64,000 nt of DNA from Dudresnaya verticillata (Eukaryota): assembly GCA_977862235.1 (NCBI GenBank), contig OZ374558.1, forward strand, positions 2,356,001 through 2,420,000, written 5' to 3'. Below are positions 47,879 to 59,977 of the stretch, piece by piece. The position numbers were made by a program, and so were the translations under genes. Below the pieces are notes generated by a model. The model was not told the DNA's origin. It worked only from the letters and a program-made list of their open reading frames with translations, and did not search any database. Positions within the stretch are counted from its first letter, which is position 1. Every line of letters starts with the position of its first letter.

Positions 47879-49238
47879 ATCAAGAGGTGAACTCTGTGAG
47901 ATGGTGTTGCTAAGGCGAGCGCACTCTCTAGATTTAGGAGTCGATCCCTCTTCGGAGAAGCAACTAACGCTATCGTAAGGCTAATACCTTGATAGGTGCA
48001 GTTTACAAGACCTGACTACCTCAAGGAATCACTCCTGAAAGGCACAAGTTATGGAGGTCTCTCTCCCCTCTATGCGGGTGGTTTTCAGCCTTGACGACTA
48101 GATTATAATTTATTATGACCATAACGCATAAGCATTACGACGCTTGTTGGCGGCTGAACTTCCCAGGAGCGACATTAACGCTACAAACAGGGACGGGACA
48201 GTAGGCCCGAAGTTACACTAACTAACCCCCACGAAGAGGCACGATTGGCTCGAACCCAGTGAGGGCGTAAGGCAAAAAGACGCCTAATCCCAGACTCATG
48301 AGTTTTGATACCACGACTCCCACCCCTGTGGGGAAAGCCGTGGGAAATCGCGTGAGACCGCATTGATATGGGAGGAGTAAGCGCCAAGCGTATTGATGCT
48401 GGGAATTATGGAGGCCGCGCTGGCTTGAAGCCGATGACCATTAGCGCCCCGCGAACGGTATGCAACACGGAAAGAGGGAGGTAGATGAGAGTTTGACTTG
48501 AACAGGAATGCGGACAGAAGATGTGAGGGCTCTTACTCTGAAACAAGAAGTAACATGCCCGATAGAGAAGTCATTGTGTTGGTTGGAGATATTGATGCGA
48601 GTTGGCGTGGAGCGACAAACGAGAGGGGCTGAATGATACTATGGGACGGTAGGCAGGGCTTGCAAGTTCCGCAGGACGAGAATAATAGGTCAAAGCCTGG
48701 AAGGGGAGATTGGGCGGGGGTGTGCAGCTAGATGGGGATGGAAGTCGAGAGTTGCTTGCAGCTTTGCCGAGTGGACGCGAGCATCCGAAGCATGAGACAC
48801 CGAAACAGTGTACTGTAAGAATGTCAGCTTACAGACGTTCCAGTGGGAAAGCGTGTTTTTTCTCGAATTTCGTGCTACCACATGTCCGAAAATGTTGTAC
48901 CGGAGGAGCGCCGATCGAATCGCGCTAACCCTTGGGACGCAGACTCGGACATTTCTTCCCGTGTGGTTCGCACCCGACTACCGGAAATCGCCTGCGACGA
49001 CCTTGTTTCGGTGTTCGGTGACGGCCTTCGCAACTTCCGCTAGGCTGCGCCCACGAGCCGGAAGTCGACAACTCAAACACAAGATCTGTTGGAGGACCAA
49101 GGTTCGTGTAGCACTCTCTTTCATACCTCTCAGCATCTCCAAGGCTGTTAGAGCTTCTTCACAGATGACCTGCTCGAGTACTGCTAACAAAACTTCTATG
49201 CCACATCCTCCTTGTTGGGGTACTGCTGCAGTTGCGAA

Positions 49239-50162
49239 ATGGCGAGCTTCGGTGGTGTTATCATTTGCGATCGATACAAGCTAGAAGTCCTGATATCCAC
49301 CAATGTTTACATTGCGCACGACATGGAGAACAGCGTTGATTTTGTGATCAAGATTGGGCAGATATCTCCAGGGTCTGCGTCGGGCCGCTCTGGACTGGGA
49401 CTGGAGCGCAGCGTCTACGAAATCCTCCAGCAGTACCGCGAATCCCCGCGAACCGGGTTTACTTGGATGCACAAATTCGGCGTGCTGTGGGTAGACTCAG
49501 AAACGAACGACACGTTTTCCGGAAAGAGATACAACTTCATGGTGATGGAATACCACGTGCCTTCTTTGGAGATTGCAATCGATGTAATGGGGCGAGTCTC
49601 GGTTTCCAAAGTCGCGTCGATTGGTGTTCAAGTGCTTCATGCTCTGGAGCGTCTTCACGCTATAGGATTGCTTCATGGCAACATCGTTCCGGATTGCATT
49701 TTTCCTCGCAAGCAGCATGGCATTGAAACCGTGTTCCTGTTGGATTTCGAGCTATCCCGCAAGTATCGCGAGTCGAGTTCACGCCGCAGGCGTGTGATTA
49801 CTCGTCATATTCCCTGGGCCAGTGAGTACACCACAGCTAGCACGCCTCAGTTTTGTTCCATTGCCATGCACTGCGGGAATCCTATTTCTCGGCGTGACGA
49901 TTTGGAGTGTATGATGTACTCACTTGTCTTCCTTGTCGTCGGCTCTCTTCCTTGGACTTTCTTTGAAGGGTATGAAGACGCTAACACTCACATTCGTTTT
50001 CAGAAAGAGAGACTTCGCCGTGATGGGTTCCGTGCCTTTGATGGGATTCTTCCTCGAGCGTTTGGTGTAGCCTATGACTCAATCATGGAACTCAGTGAAA
50101 ATGAGAATCCTGATTATCAAGAGATGAGGCAGATATTTCGACGTGTTCAACTCGATGAGTAA
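49239..50162 (+). CDS. Casein kinase 1-like pseudokinase (copy 2)
   Basis: Differs from copy 1 at 2 residues (S/I, K/N). Confidence 0.82.
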   Translation: MASFGGVIICDRYKLEVLISTNVYIAHDMENSVDFVIKIGQISPGSASGRSGLGLERSVYEILQQYRESPRTGFTWMHKFGVLWVDSETNDTFSGKRYNFMVMEYHVPSLEIAIDVMGRVSVSKVASIGVQVLHALERLHAIGLLHGNIVPDCIFPRKQHGIETVFLLDFELSRKYRESSSRRRRVITRHIPWASEYTTASTPQFCSIAMHCGNPISRRDDLECMMYSLVFLVVGSLPWTFFEGYEDANTHIRFQKERLRRDGFRAFDGILPRAFGVAYDSIMELSENENPDYQEMRQIFRRVQLDE

Positions 50163-50657
50163 GCATGTGCCCATGCCGCGGCTCGCGAGCTTGCTCTCCA
50201 CAGACATGTTGTAAAACTATCAAAAGCCCAGACCTTACTTGAGTCTTGCATCTGCTTGCCTGTCATAGCTTTGTTTGTGTATTCCACCACGCATATTGGG
50301 AAGCCTGTTGCACCCGGAACACTGTTACAACCGGAACATTGTTACACCCGGAACATGCGCTTCGCATCTATGTTGTAATAGAATCTTGTTGATAGCACTT
50401 CGCAACTGTTGCCAAACAAATATCGTCACTCTTTGCATGCAAAGTGACGGTACCGAAATAAACAAAGTACCAAAGGTAGCTGAAGAACGATACTGCCACG
50501 ATTAAAACCAAACAGGAAAGAACAAGCAGTGGGGAGTATTGGGATGATACCTTGACTCAAAGTCATGAACTTTGTCCTGAAAACAGGGATATTGCCAAAT
50601 TAGGAGGAGGAGGAGCAATACGACCTTTACTAGCTGGGCTACTCCAGCCCCGCTGCT

Positions 50658-52058
50658 TCTCAATAAAGGGGCTCATCGTTGTCTCTCCATATCCCATTTT
50701 AGACAGAAAGTATTTGGACGTTGCAATTCATACTTCCTATTACATTGGAAGATTCCAGAACAAATTGCTGCACCCGTTGGGTTGAAAACGCTTTCATTTC
50801 CATTTCTATTTGCGACTTGGAAAGAATCGGACCCGGAAACAGGAAACCCCTTCACAAACACATATATGGCGTTCCTTCCGAAACAGACTAGGTCCATTCT
50901 GGATGCTCCAGAGCTGCTGACCCCAAAGAATGAGTACCGGTGTTTACAATACGCTGGTAAGCGTTCTCCTTCTGAATCTAGCCCACATTCCCTGTTGACC
51001 AGAACGAGATTCGCACATGCCCCCATGCACCTCTCGTGTGGACCAACTGGGGAAAGTCCGTTTACTTTCTTGCAGCACCCGCACCCACGGACTCTACAAG
51101 TTGGCGCTGCGGGACCCCACACCACACGACCTCGCTACAATCACTACTACCATCGCTTCCATTCGGGAACTCTGCGCTGCAGAGTATCCGCCCCCCTCGG
51201 CCCTTATGTGACCCACTCGCCCCGTCCTCTCCTAACCTCCCCCCTTCATGCCGCCCTTCCCCCATGTCCAACCTGGCACTTAGTGCCGGTGCGCTCGCTA
51301 ATGGGCCTTAATCGCCAGCGTGAGACCACCTTAAACAACCAGTAAAAGTTTACCATCACCCTGGAGTCCCGTCAAGTCTTTTCTATGCTGATGGGTCCGT
51401 GATGTGGTACCCGTATCTCAACGGATACTAGGATTGCTGTGGTGCAGTAGATCTTCGACTGCGCAGCTCTATTGTTCCTGGTATCACCAATTGTGGTGCC
51501 ATTATGGCAAGCGCAGGTCGCTCTGTTCCGCTAGGCAATTCGGGTGCGATGATTCTACCTGTTACGCTTGCGCTCATGGCTCTTCGCGTCGCCATAATTC
51601 AGTCCGTGACCAGCCGTTCTCGGCTTTATCCTACGAGACTATTGCCCTCCCGGTACTCCACGAGCAGTCCTTCACCGGTCACGATGATACCCGAAGACTC
51701 GGCCTCGTCTTGGACAAATGCTCCTTTCTGCCCTGGGTTACGAAGTGACTATAGATAGTCCATCTAACCCAACCTACACCTCTGCCTTAGCGACAAATGC
51801 GATGGGCGCTGCAGCATCCGCTGAACGTGGCAAAAAAAAGAAATACCGAAAAGCTTGCAGAACTTTTCATATCACGCTTCGGCCTCTTGGGTGCGACATT
51901 CATGGCGGCTTAGGTTCCGAGTTTCATCGCACCCTCGAGGCGATCGCGCAATATACCGCTGTGACTCGCAAACTCTATTACAAAAAAAGATCTACAATCT
52001 GCTACATCGGAAATTCATGGTGCTAGCTACGTCGCGCAATATACCGCTGTGACTCGCA
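50658..52058 (+). pseudogene. Degenerate RLE-type non-LTR 3' fragment (copy 2)
   Basis: Mirror of 20,300-21,700. Confidence 0.7.
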
Positions 52059-52119
52059 AACTCTATTACAAAAAAAGATCTACAATCTGCTACATCGGAA
52101 ATTCATGGTGCTAGCTACG
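51944..52119. repeat. 88-bp tandem duplication (mirror copy)
   Basis: Mirror of 20239-20414. Confidence 0.9.
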
Positions 52120-53898
52120 AGGTGACAACGTCTTTTTATTCATCTATCCTTGACCGGTGTTTACTTGAAAGGAGGGATGCTTTCATCGATTTCTTCTCTT
52201 TTTGATGCTTAAGTCTTAACAAGGTCGGAACATAATTCAGCACCCATGGCAACTGAAAATCAGCTTCGATGGTCATACTCTCGCAAAGCACTCTTTGCGT
52301 TCTGATCTCAGTAATAGTTGCTCTTTTGTCGTTGTTCATTTTGCAGTGGTCCTGTCATGAAGGAATTGTATAGATATGCAATAACCGACGGGGCAATAGG
52401 GAAGTAAATTCCACTACTCCTGCCTTATCCTCCTCTAGACCGAATATTTTCACTACCTACAACGGCGTTCTCGGTAACCCATCATTTTACAGCTTGGACA
52501 AATGGCCTTTGTACCGGTGCAAACAAGCAGAGAAGCCCAAAAGACCCTGAGGAACAAGCAGTCGACCTAAGCGCTTGCAAATAATCTTCAGGAGAACACA
52601 GTGGCATTGACAGCAGTTCCAGGGCTGGGCATCTATCTACTGCCAACCATGGCTATTTTAGTAGTGGGAGAGAGACTAACTTCGGTCAAGTGTGGAAGGT
52701 CAACAAGCCCCTTCACACCTTTACCATTTGACCTCTACTTGATATCTCACCTTCGGTACCCGGTGTTGGGTGACAAGAAGCCTCGGCATATGACGGTCTC
52801 AATCGAGAATCGTATGCGAGCATATTCCTCAGCGCATGTGACCTGTGGACGGACGGCGGAGGTTTTGCTAACAGTAGCCGCAACCCACCATCTGACAAGT
52901 AGTAGTGGAGTGGTGCCACGCGTTAGTTCTGCAGCACCACCACTTCAGATTGAGCTTTAAATTTCATTGGTTTACTTCTGGTAGAGTGGAAGAGTGTCAA
53001 TTCTCGAATATATCCACTGTGTTGTCCCATATTATTGAACAATCGACACTGAATAGTGCCTCATCGCTGTCATTTCGGGCCCCGGTATGAACTGTAGTCA
53101 CCACAGTAATTCTTACCCTGTTATCACTTGTCTTTGGCCGTTTTCGTTCTGCACGCCCACTCTAACAATCCCATTGTGGGCCTAGTCGACCGCGGCGTTC
53201 CACTTGACGGCTTACTACAAACGTCGCCACCCTTTCCTGGCTGGGCTTCGCTCCGAGCGCAAAGAATCTCACCAACGCACTCCTCCTGCAGCAATCCGTT
53301 ACCAGTGCAGTGCAATTAGCCGGCCTCGTCCCTGTGCCGGCAACTCCAATTCTCAAACCTGCAAATCCCTGCCGCTGGACGTGTCGAAGAGAGGTTTGTT
53401 CATGGCTTGGTCGCGCCCGATGACTTTCTGATTGTCATCCTCGCAAAACCACACAGGCAGCGAAAGCGATTCTGACGCTGCCTTTCGTCTCAACTCTCCT
53501 CGAGAATTCCGTAAGTCCTACTTCTCCACTTCCTATCACTGTAACTCGCGAAACCGGCGAGCAACTCTTTGGATGTTTTTGACGCCTTCCGGGCACTGAA
53601 TGCTAGGACTTTCATGCCAACGTGACAACAGCCGTTGCTCTAGACTGTTTTTCCCAAACTCTCCTAACCCCTATCTTCCTGTTGCTTGCTGAATGGTACT
53701 TATCGAATGCCACGAAGAAGGGCCAGTTTACTACACCACTCGTAACTGGCTGACACGTAGAGGTCGTGTTTGTTCGAGCTCTGAGCCCGGACAATTTTGG
53801 TTACTGAATCTCTCTTGCACATTTCAAGTCTCTGTTTGGAAGCCTTCGTCGACCAGAACTACTACCGTCCTAGATCCTGTTTAGCATCCTAGAAAACG

Positions 53899-55194
53899 AT
53901 GAAAGCCGATCCAAGTCCGATTCAGACCAGCGGAGAAGACTCAAAGGTGGATTCCCCAGCAGAGGATCGTGTAGAAGCGCGTGATCACGGGTCAAGAATA
54001 ATGTCTGCTCTCTTCTTCCCGGAATACATCGGTCGTACGAAGTACAAGCTAACTCGTCGCATTTGAAGCGGTGGAAATGGAGTTGTGTTTGCCGCGGAGA
54101 ACATCGTTACGGGGGAGCGCTTTGCAATCAAACGTATTCTGGACAGCATAAGAACCGGTCCGCTAGCGAAACGTGTCGTCCATGAGCTCAAATTGCTTCG
54201 ACATTTGTCCAAGCATGAGAACATAATTCAGGTTAAGGATGTCTTACTTCCGAATGATCTTGATCGCTTCGTAGATACCTTTGTGGTATTTGAACTAATG
54301 GGAAGCGATTTATCAGGTATCCTGAACAGAACCAGGCTGCTCAGCAAGGAGCACGTGAGATACTTCATGTTTCAGCTCCTACGAGGTGTCACATTTATGC
54401 ACAGATCTCGGGATGCGCATCGCAATCTTGAGCCGAAAAGCATTTGCATCAACTCCGATTGCGCCCTGCGTATTGGGAAGCTTGAGGTTGCAAGGCTGAA
54501 CTATCAAGATCGGCAGGGCCATGAGTTTTGGAATGAGTACTGCTTCAATATCTGGTACAAGGCACCTGAAGTTCCTCTCGAGGATACGACCCAATTCTCC
54601 ACATCTATCGATATATGGAGTGTTGGCTGCATCTTCGCAGAGATGCTAATGGGTTCTGTACTTTTCAGAGGAAAAAGCCTGCGCAATCAGCTTGAACGTT
54701 TCACGCATGTACTGGGAACCGCACCTAAGACATTCAAAGAGAAACTTCGCATGGCAGATAGTCGCCGGGCGATGCGTCATCTGGGACAACGTTCAACTCT
54801 TTCGGAGGAAAAGTCTCTGCGAGATAGATTGCTCGGATTGGATGTCTCTGCGGTGAATTTGCTCGAGGGGATGTTGAAGTGGGATCCGACCGAACGAATA
54901 TCTGCGGAAGAGGCCCTTAGCCACCAGTATTTTGATGTGTACCGCTACTTGGGTGATGGTGCAGCTGCTGGTCCAGTTCTATCATTGGATTCTTTTCTCC
55001 ATCTCGAGGATCTTTCGCATGAGAAATTAAGACTAGAACTTATTAAGGAGATCCTTCAGTACAATCCAGAAAAGATTATGGATATTGCACACATCACCTC
55101 TCCGAATATGGCATCAGTTACTCCTGTCGCAGAAGAGCAAGAGATTGTCCTAAGTGCCAAGCCTTGGCTCCATACGCCAGATATTAACAAATAG
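53899..55194 (+). pseudogene. MAP kinase-like pseudokinase with in-frame TGA (copy 2)
   Basis: ATG 53899/54001 ..KYKLTRRI*SGGNGVVFAA.. with TGA at 54064-54066; 369-aa downstream part identical to copy 1. Confidence 0.85.
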
Positions 55195-58100
55195 GATCCA
55201 TAATCGCAACACTTCTTTTCTCTTCATTCTTAAACCTTGGCAAGTGCCGGACTAGCGGTTGGCCCTTTGGTGTTTTCTATTTTACTGTCCTTCTCCTTCA
55301 TAATATCTCTTTTCAATATCAATCTCACTTGAGCTTGTCGCATAGTTGTATGCCTTTGTTGCTAACAGACGGACGACAAAAACGCATTGATACAAGAGAA
55401 GTGAGAACTTTACTTGATATTTACTGGACTGGGTACAGAATCCAATATTGCAAACGCAGAAGGCAAGGCCATCAACCGTCGGCGACCTAACACGAGCAGC
55501 TTTGCTCGCAGCAACGCGTGCAACGCGAATGTGTTCATCCATGACGCTGACTGTCGCTGTGCCATGTTGCTACGTAAATGCCACCATTTTAGTCGCCACG
55601 CACTGCGCCAGTCGTCGCCAGTCAATCGCGCCGCAATCAACAACCGTCAAAGCATAGAAAGCAGAGAAAGCATAGTACCGTTGCGAGCCGCCTGACCAGT
55701 GCTCTTCGCAGCAAGCGCTATCGCAGCCCCTTCTCGTTACCGACGCCCCCGACGCGTATAGAAAACACCAATGCGCGTCGCACCGGCTCCGAAGCCGCGA
55801 TAGCTGCGTATACTCCAGCCGCCGTCTCTGAGGAAGAAACGTTCATAGCAGTGCCCTGGACAGGCTCTGTTCATCGGGTGTGTGTGTGTGGCTTGACGCC
55901 ATTGTTACGCAACAAGGTCAAAGAGAGCTTTTGCGGATGCTTGAACTCAGCATCAAGGAGACGGCGTACAAATCGATACTACAAGGTGAGACGACGAGCC
56001 GTGATGTTGGGGATGCACAGTCGGAGCGGTGCGAGAGGCAGTGCTGGTGGCAGGCGGACTGAAGCTGAAATGGGATTCTGGGCGTCTCCTGAATTGGGGA
56101 GAAGGATGGGTTCGATTGGCTACCGTATTTCAGGATTGCAGAGCCAATCAACACCGGCCAACACCGTACCGGCTGTTGTGCGAGCGCTTTTTGGACGGAT
56201 TTCGGGCAGATAGAATTGATCCGCCGGCGGATTCTGGGAACTGCGCTGAGGGTGATGCCACCCCGAAGAGCATGTGTCCGCGCATGCATTACGCTCGCTG
56301 AGACCCCAGCAGCCGCTCCGCGCCGCCGCCCTGCCGGGTACGCAACGTGGATCACAAAACCAGTGGCCGCGCGCTAGTGCACGCCATGACGCAGCAGTTG
56401 GTCTAAGCGCTGCGCCGTCGATACTTCACCGGGATTGCGAGCAGACCGTTGGGACTGGTGAGGGGAGCTCCATGGGGAGCTCCATGGCCGAGGCAAAACG
56501 TGAAGTTCCATAAAACATGTGCTGTTCGTCGTTGGCGCCATTGCAACGGGGCGCGGCAAGATACTGAAGTCGGCGGTCGGCTGGAGGGGAAGCGGCGGCC
56601 TGGCGCAGAGACTGAGAGAGATGGGCCTTTATCGGATGTGGTCAAAATACTGTCGAGACAGATCCCGAGAACTTGCAAGCGCCCTGACGGTGGTCTGGGC
56701 GGTCCAAGCGAACGCCCTGCGAAGACTAGATTTTGAGTGCGATGAGTTGCGGAGATGTAGGACTGATTCCCTAAATATTTCGTGAAGCATGAACGGTGCT
56801 GATAATACGGGGCGGGACTGCGGCAGCAGGACTCTTCGTGTTCAGTGCTAGAAGACATGTTCTACTTGGGTATTGGAGAGAATGAATTTCAGTACTGGGT
56901 GTTGTTGTTGCGGGAGGGGAATTTCGATGAGATCATTAGGTGATGCTGCCTGCTCTATTCAGGTCTGGAGCTCAGAAGAATGGACGCAGATCTGGGAAAG
57001 GCTGACTAGGCGCGCATGGGTTGGCGGGTTTGGTGCGATGATCTGTTGGAGTCGGCAGCATTCAGGCGTGGGGCTTGTTTGACAGGGACGCAGTGGAGGG
57101 GCTATCGCAACACATGGGCTCTGTGGCCGGGCATGTCTACGGATTGGAAGGGTGCTCTATTTGGACGAGGCGATGGGAAGGCGCAATTATGAAAGCGTGC
57201 GAAGCTCTTCATGGCCATACCTGTTGATATTGAGTCGGCGTGGAAGAGCGCACGAGCTGGGGCATCTGAAGGACCGAGTTGTAGCAGACGGCTATTCGGG
57301 AGACGCAGAAAAAGAGGACATCTCGCCTAGACGATGCGGATGTTCCAGCCTACCTCGGGCTTCACATGTCCTAAGTGTTGGGAAGGCGCATGTTGTGAAG
57401 ATCGGATTGGAGACATGCCAGTTGAACATGAACGAGAACTGGGTAGTTTCGAGGGTCATTCCAGGTGAGTCTCTTGCATTTGGGAGTGCTTCAGCTTTCG
57501 GTGTCATTTTCGCTGACAGGAATCTGAATTTGAGGTAGTGCAAAACCTTCTTGGGTTTGGGGGGGAGGGGGGGGGGGGGGGGGTGTGACGTGAAAGGATT
57601 GTAGCCCCTTCAATCCCGGTGGGGGATATATCAATATATATCAGATATCACCTAGATATCTCGTTGCGGATTGATGCCGGAGTGTTTGCCCTGCCAGTCG
57701 AAAAACTGTGGAACTTGCGCGGCCGCGGTGGCGACTTGGTAAGATCACAGCACATTTACGGATAGACCAGGTCATTCCGTTGCGTTGAGCCCAGTCTTGG
57801 CAAACTTGGAGGGCAGTACGGAGAGTATGGGCCGAGTTGACGTGTCAGATGCAGTCATCAGCGAATAGTCGCCCGGGTGTGGGGGAAGGCGGGGGCCAGC
57901 AGGCCTCATTCTCATCGCCGATTGGCCATGCGCAATTTGATCCCAGATATTTCGTACAGAGCGCGGAGCGACGCTGAGCGGCAATCGCACCTGCCACCTC
58001 CATCCTGGCCGTGATCCCTCCTCAGCCCACAAGTCCCTCTACCACCTTCGTCGACCTCATGTTCTCGTCCGAGTCGCGCCAGCGCCCACCACGGCCGTGA

Positions 58101-58738
58101 TCTACACGGTAGCCTCGTGGCCTCTCTTCGCCGCGCGCAGCCTTCTCAATTTCTGGACCGCGTGATTCCCTGCCTGTGCTCTGGTGAAAACTTTCTTAAC
58201 GTCTCCTCGCTGTCTACACCACTGGCCCAACCGCCTTCTCGCTGCGTGGACCTCTATCTCCCGATCTACATCCTTACTTCCTCAATCCTTCGAGCTTTTC
58301 AGACGGCGACAAAAAGAGCACGTGCTCTTGAATCGTGCGATAAGCACTAGTAGTAGTACACTTTATTCAAAGAAGAAAGCTGGAGTCCCTTTGGGGGCTT
58401 AATTTCTGGCATAACGTGCTCTGCAGTCAGCGAGCCTGCGGAGATTGACCGCGACCGCTACGTATTGAAGAACAACAGTGGTCAACAGAGCGTGTTCATC
58501 TCCTTTATGCAACGTAAACGCAAAGGCACTTTATCAACTAAGATGCTATCGGTGATTCACTCACAACATACAACGACAGTGGGAAGAAATTCTATCGCTT
58601 CGTAAACTTTAAAGTCCAGAACGTATGGCGGGCATTCGGAACAGGAATGATAAGTAAAGGATTCCTGACGAGGACGCTGCGTCTCTCCGTTATCAACAAT
58701 CTGCACCTGCGCCACGAAACACAATACACCGCCAGCTA

Positions 58739-59977
58739 CTAGCCCGCATTGTTATTAATCGCTGCGGTCCCGGGGGCTCTTTTGTCGGCTGGTCCGTTAT
58801 AGGGTTTGTATCTGTGTTTCCTATGGTGATGCTTCTTCAATACAGAAGCCCTGGTGGTGACCAATGAACAGCATGGGCAACCAAACCTGCGATGCTTCTT
58901 GTGGATGCTTTCAAAATGGCGCTTCATATCACCCCTGGTTCCGAATGTAGCCCTGCACGGAATGTAGGCACACGGGAAACGCTTGGTGTGTTCGTCTCTC
59001 TGGATAGATTCGGGTATACGAAAAAGGTCCTCCGCGTTTTCCGTGGCGGTGAGATCACGGGAATCGTTTGATTTGGGACGAGAATGCAACTCATATTGGC
59101 CCAGGTCCGTCATGGGAGCCTTCGGATCTTCAGGGCTACTGATCTGACTAGAACGAGAGTCAGATGTGCTCAAGTTCTTCTCTCGTATCTTCTCCATTGG
59201 AGTTTCGGATGGCGCAACGAAGGGGCATCTTGATGAACCGGGCTCGTGTGGGATGTTGAATAGCGGGTTTGGCTTCCAGGCCCTGTTGTCAAAGGAACCC
59301 TCGCTTCGGCATTTGACGAGTGTTGAAAGCTTGGCAATACTGTACGGTTCCGGCTCCATAGTAGGAAGTTGTAGCATATGCGAGCCCAATGCACTCCGTT
59401 GCGTATGTGCATGTCTCTGCAACGTCGAAATCGGGACAGTGTCGAAGTTGCCATGCACCCACCCCACCGGACACGTCTGACGGTGCAAAAAGGGCAGCAA
59501 ATGGCTTTCACCATTGCCGCAGATATGTGGCTTCGGGCCTGTCGGTTGCATACGGCACAAGGTTGATCTCTTTCCGCCGATTGATGGAATCATCACTCCA
59601 GGTGACGGAGAATGTGGTGAAATCGGGTGTGATGCAGCAATAGTTCGCCGTTCCACTTGATTCGGAGTGAAGGGCGATACAATAGACGTGTGAGGTGCGG
59701 AAATTGGACGAAGTATCGGCATTCCCTGAAACAGGAGCGGTGCTGCCTGTTCCATGGGGTTGATATTACTCTGCCCAGATCCTAGCGGTGAGTAATTAAA
59801 GACAGAAGGCACAACAGTCTGGAGCGGAGCCGGGTGATATGACCCAACAGAAACGAGAGCCGAGTAGGACGGTAGCCGAGCCACTGAAAGACCTTGTCGA
59901 ATGGAGAGTGGCGTGGGATCCGGGGGTGCGCCGTACGCCCAGTCTATCTGAGAATTGAGTTGTGTCTGCGGGTGCAT
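58739..59977 (-). CDS. C2H2 zinc-finger protein (copy 2)
   Basis: Same two fingers; roughly 15-20 aa differences from copy 1; different 5'-most ATG. Confidence 0.8.
   Translation of the reverse strand: MHPQTQLNSQIDWAYGAPPDPTPLSIRQGLSVARLPSYSALVSVGSYHPAPLQTVVPSVFNYSPLGSGQSNINPMEQAAPLLFQGMPILRPISAPHTSIVSPFTPNQVERRTIAASHPISPHSPSPGVMIPSIGGKRSTLCRMQPTGPKPHICGNGESHLLPFLHRQTCPVGWVHGNFDTVPISTLQRHAHTQRSALGSHMLQLPTMEPEPYSIAKLSTLVKCRSEGSFDNRAWKPNPLFNIPHEPGSSRCPFVAPSETPMEKIREKNLSTSDSRSSQISSPEDPKAPMTDLGQYELHSRPKSNDSRDLTATENAEDLFRIPESIQRDEHTKRFPCAYIPCRATFGTRGDMKRHFESIHKKHRRFGCPCCSLVTTRASVLKKHHHRKHRYKPYNGPADKRAPGTAAINNNAG

Larger units (their letters stand above)
27560..47880 (+). mobile_element. Older Ty3/gypsy chromodomain element, disrupted: RT deleted, interrupted by a nested element, 3' LTR not found
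   Basis: LTR end ..TTCTACTACA at 28064, followed by a PBS-like sequence, gag, protease, RNase H, integrase and chromodomain. Outer boundaries approximate. Confidence 0.8.
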
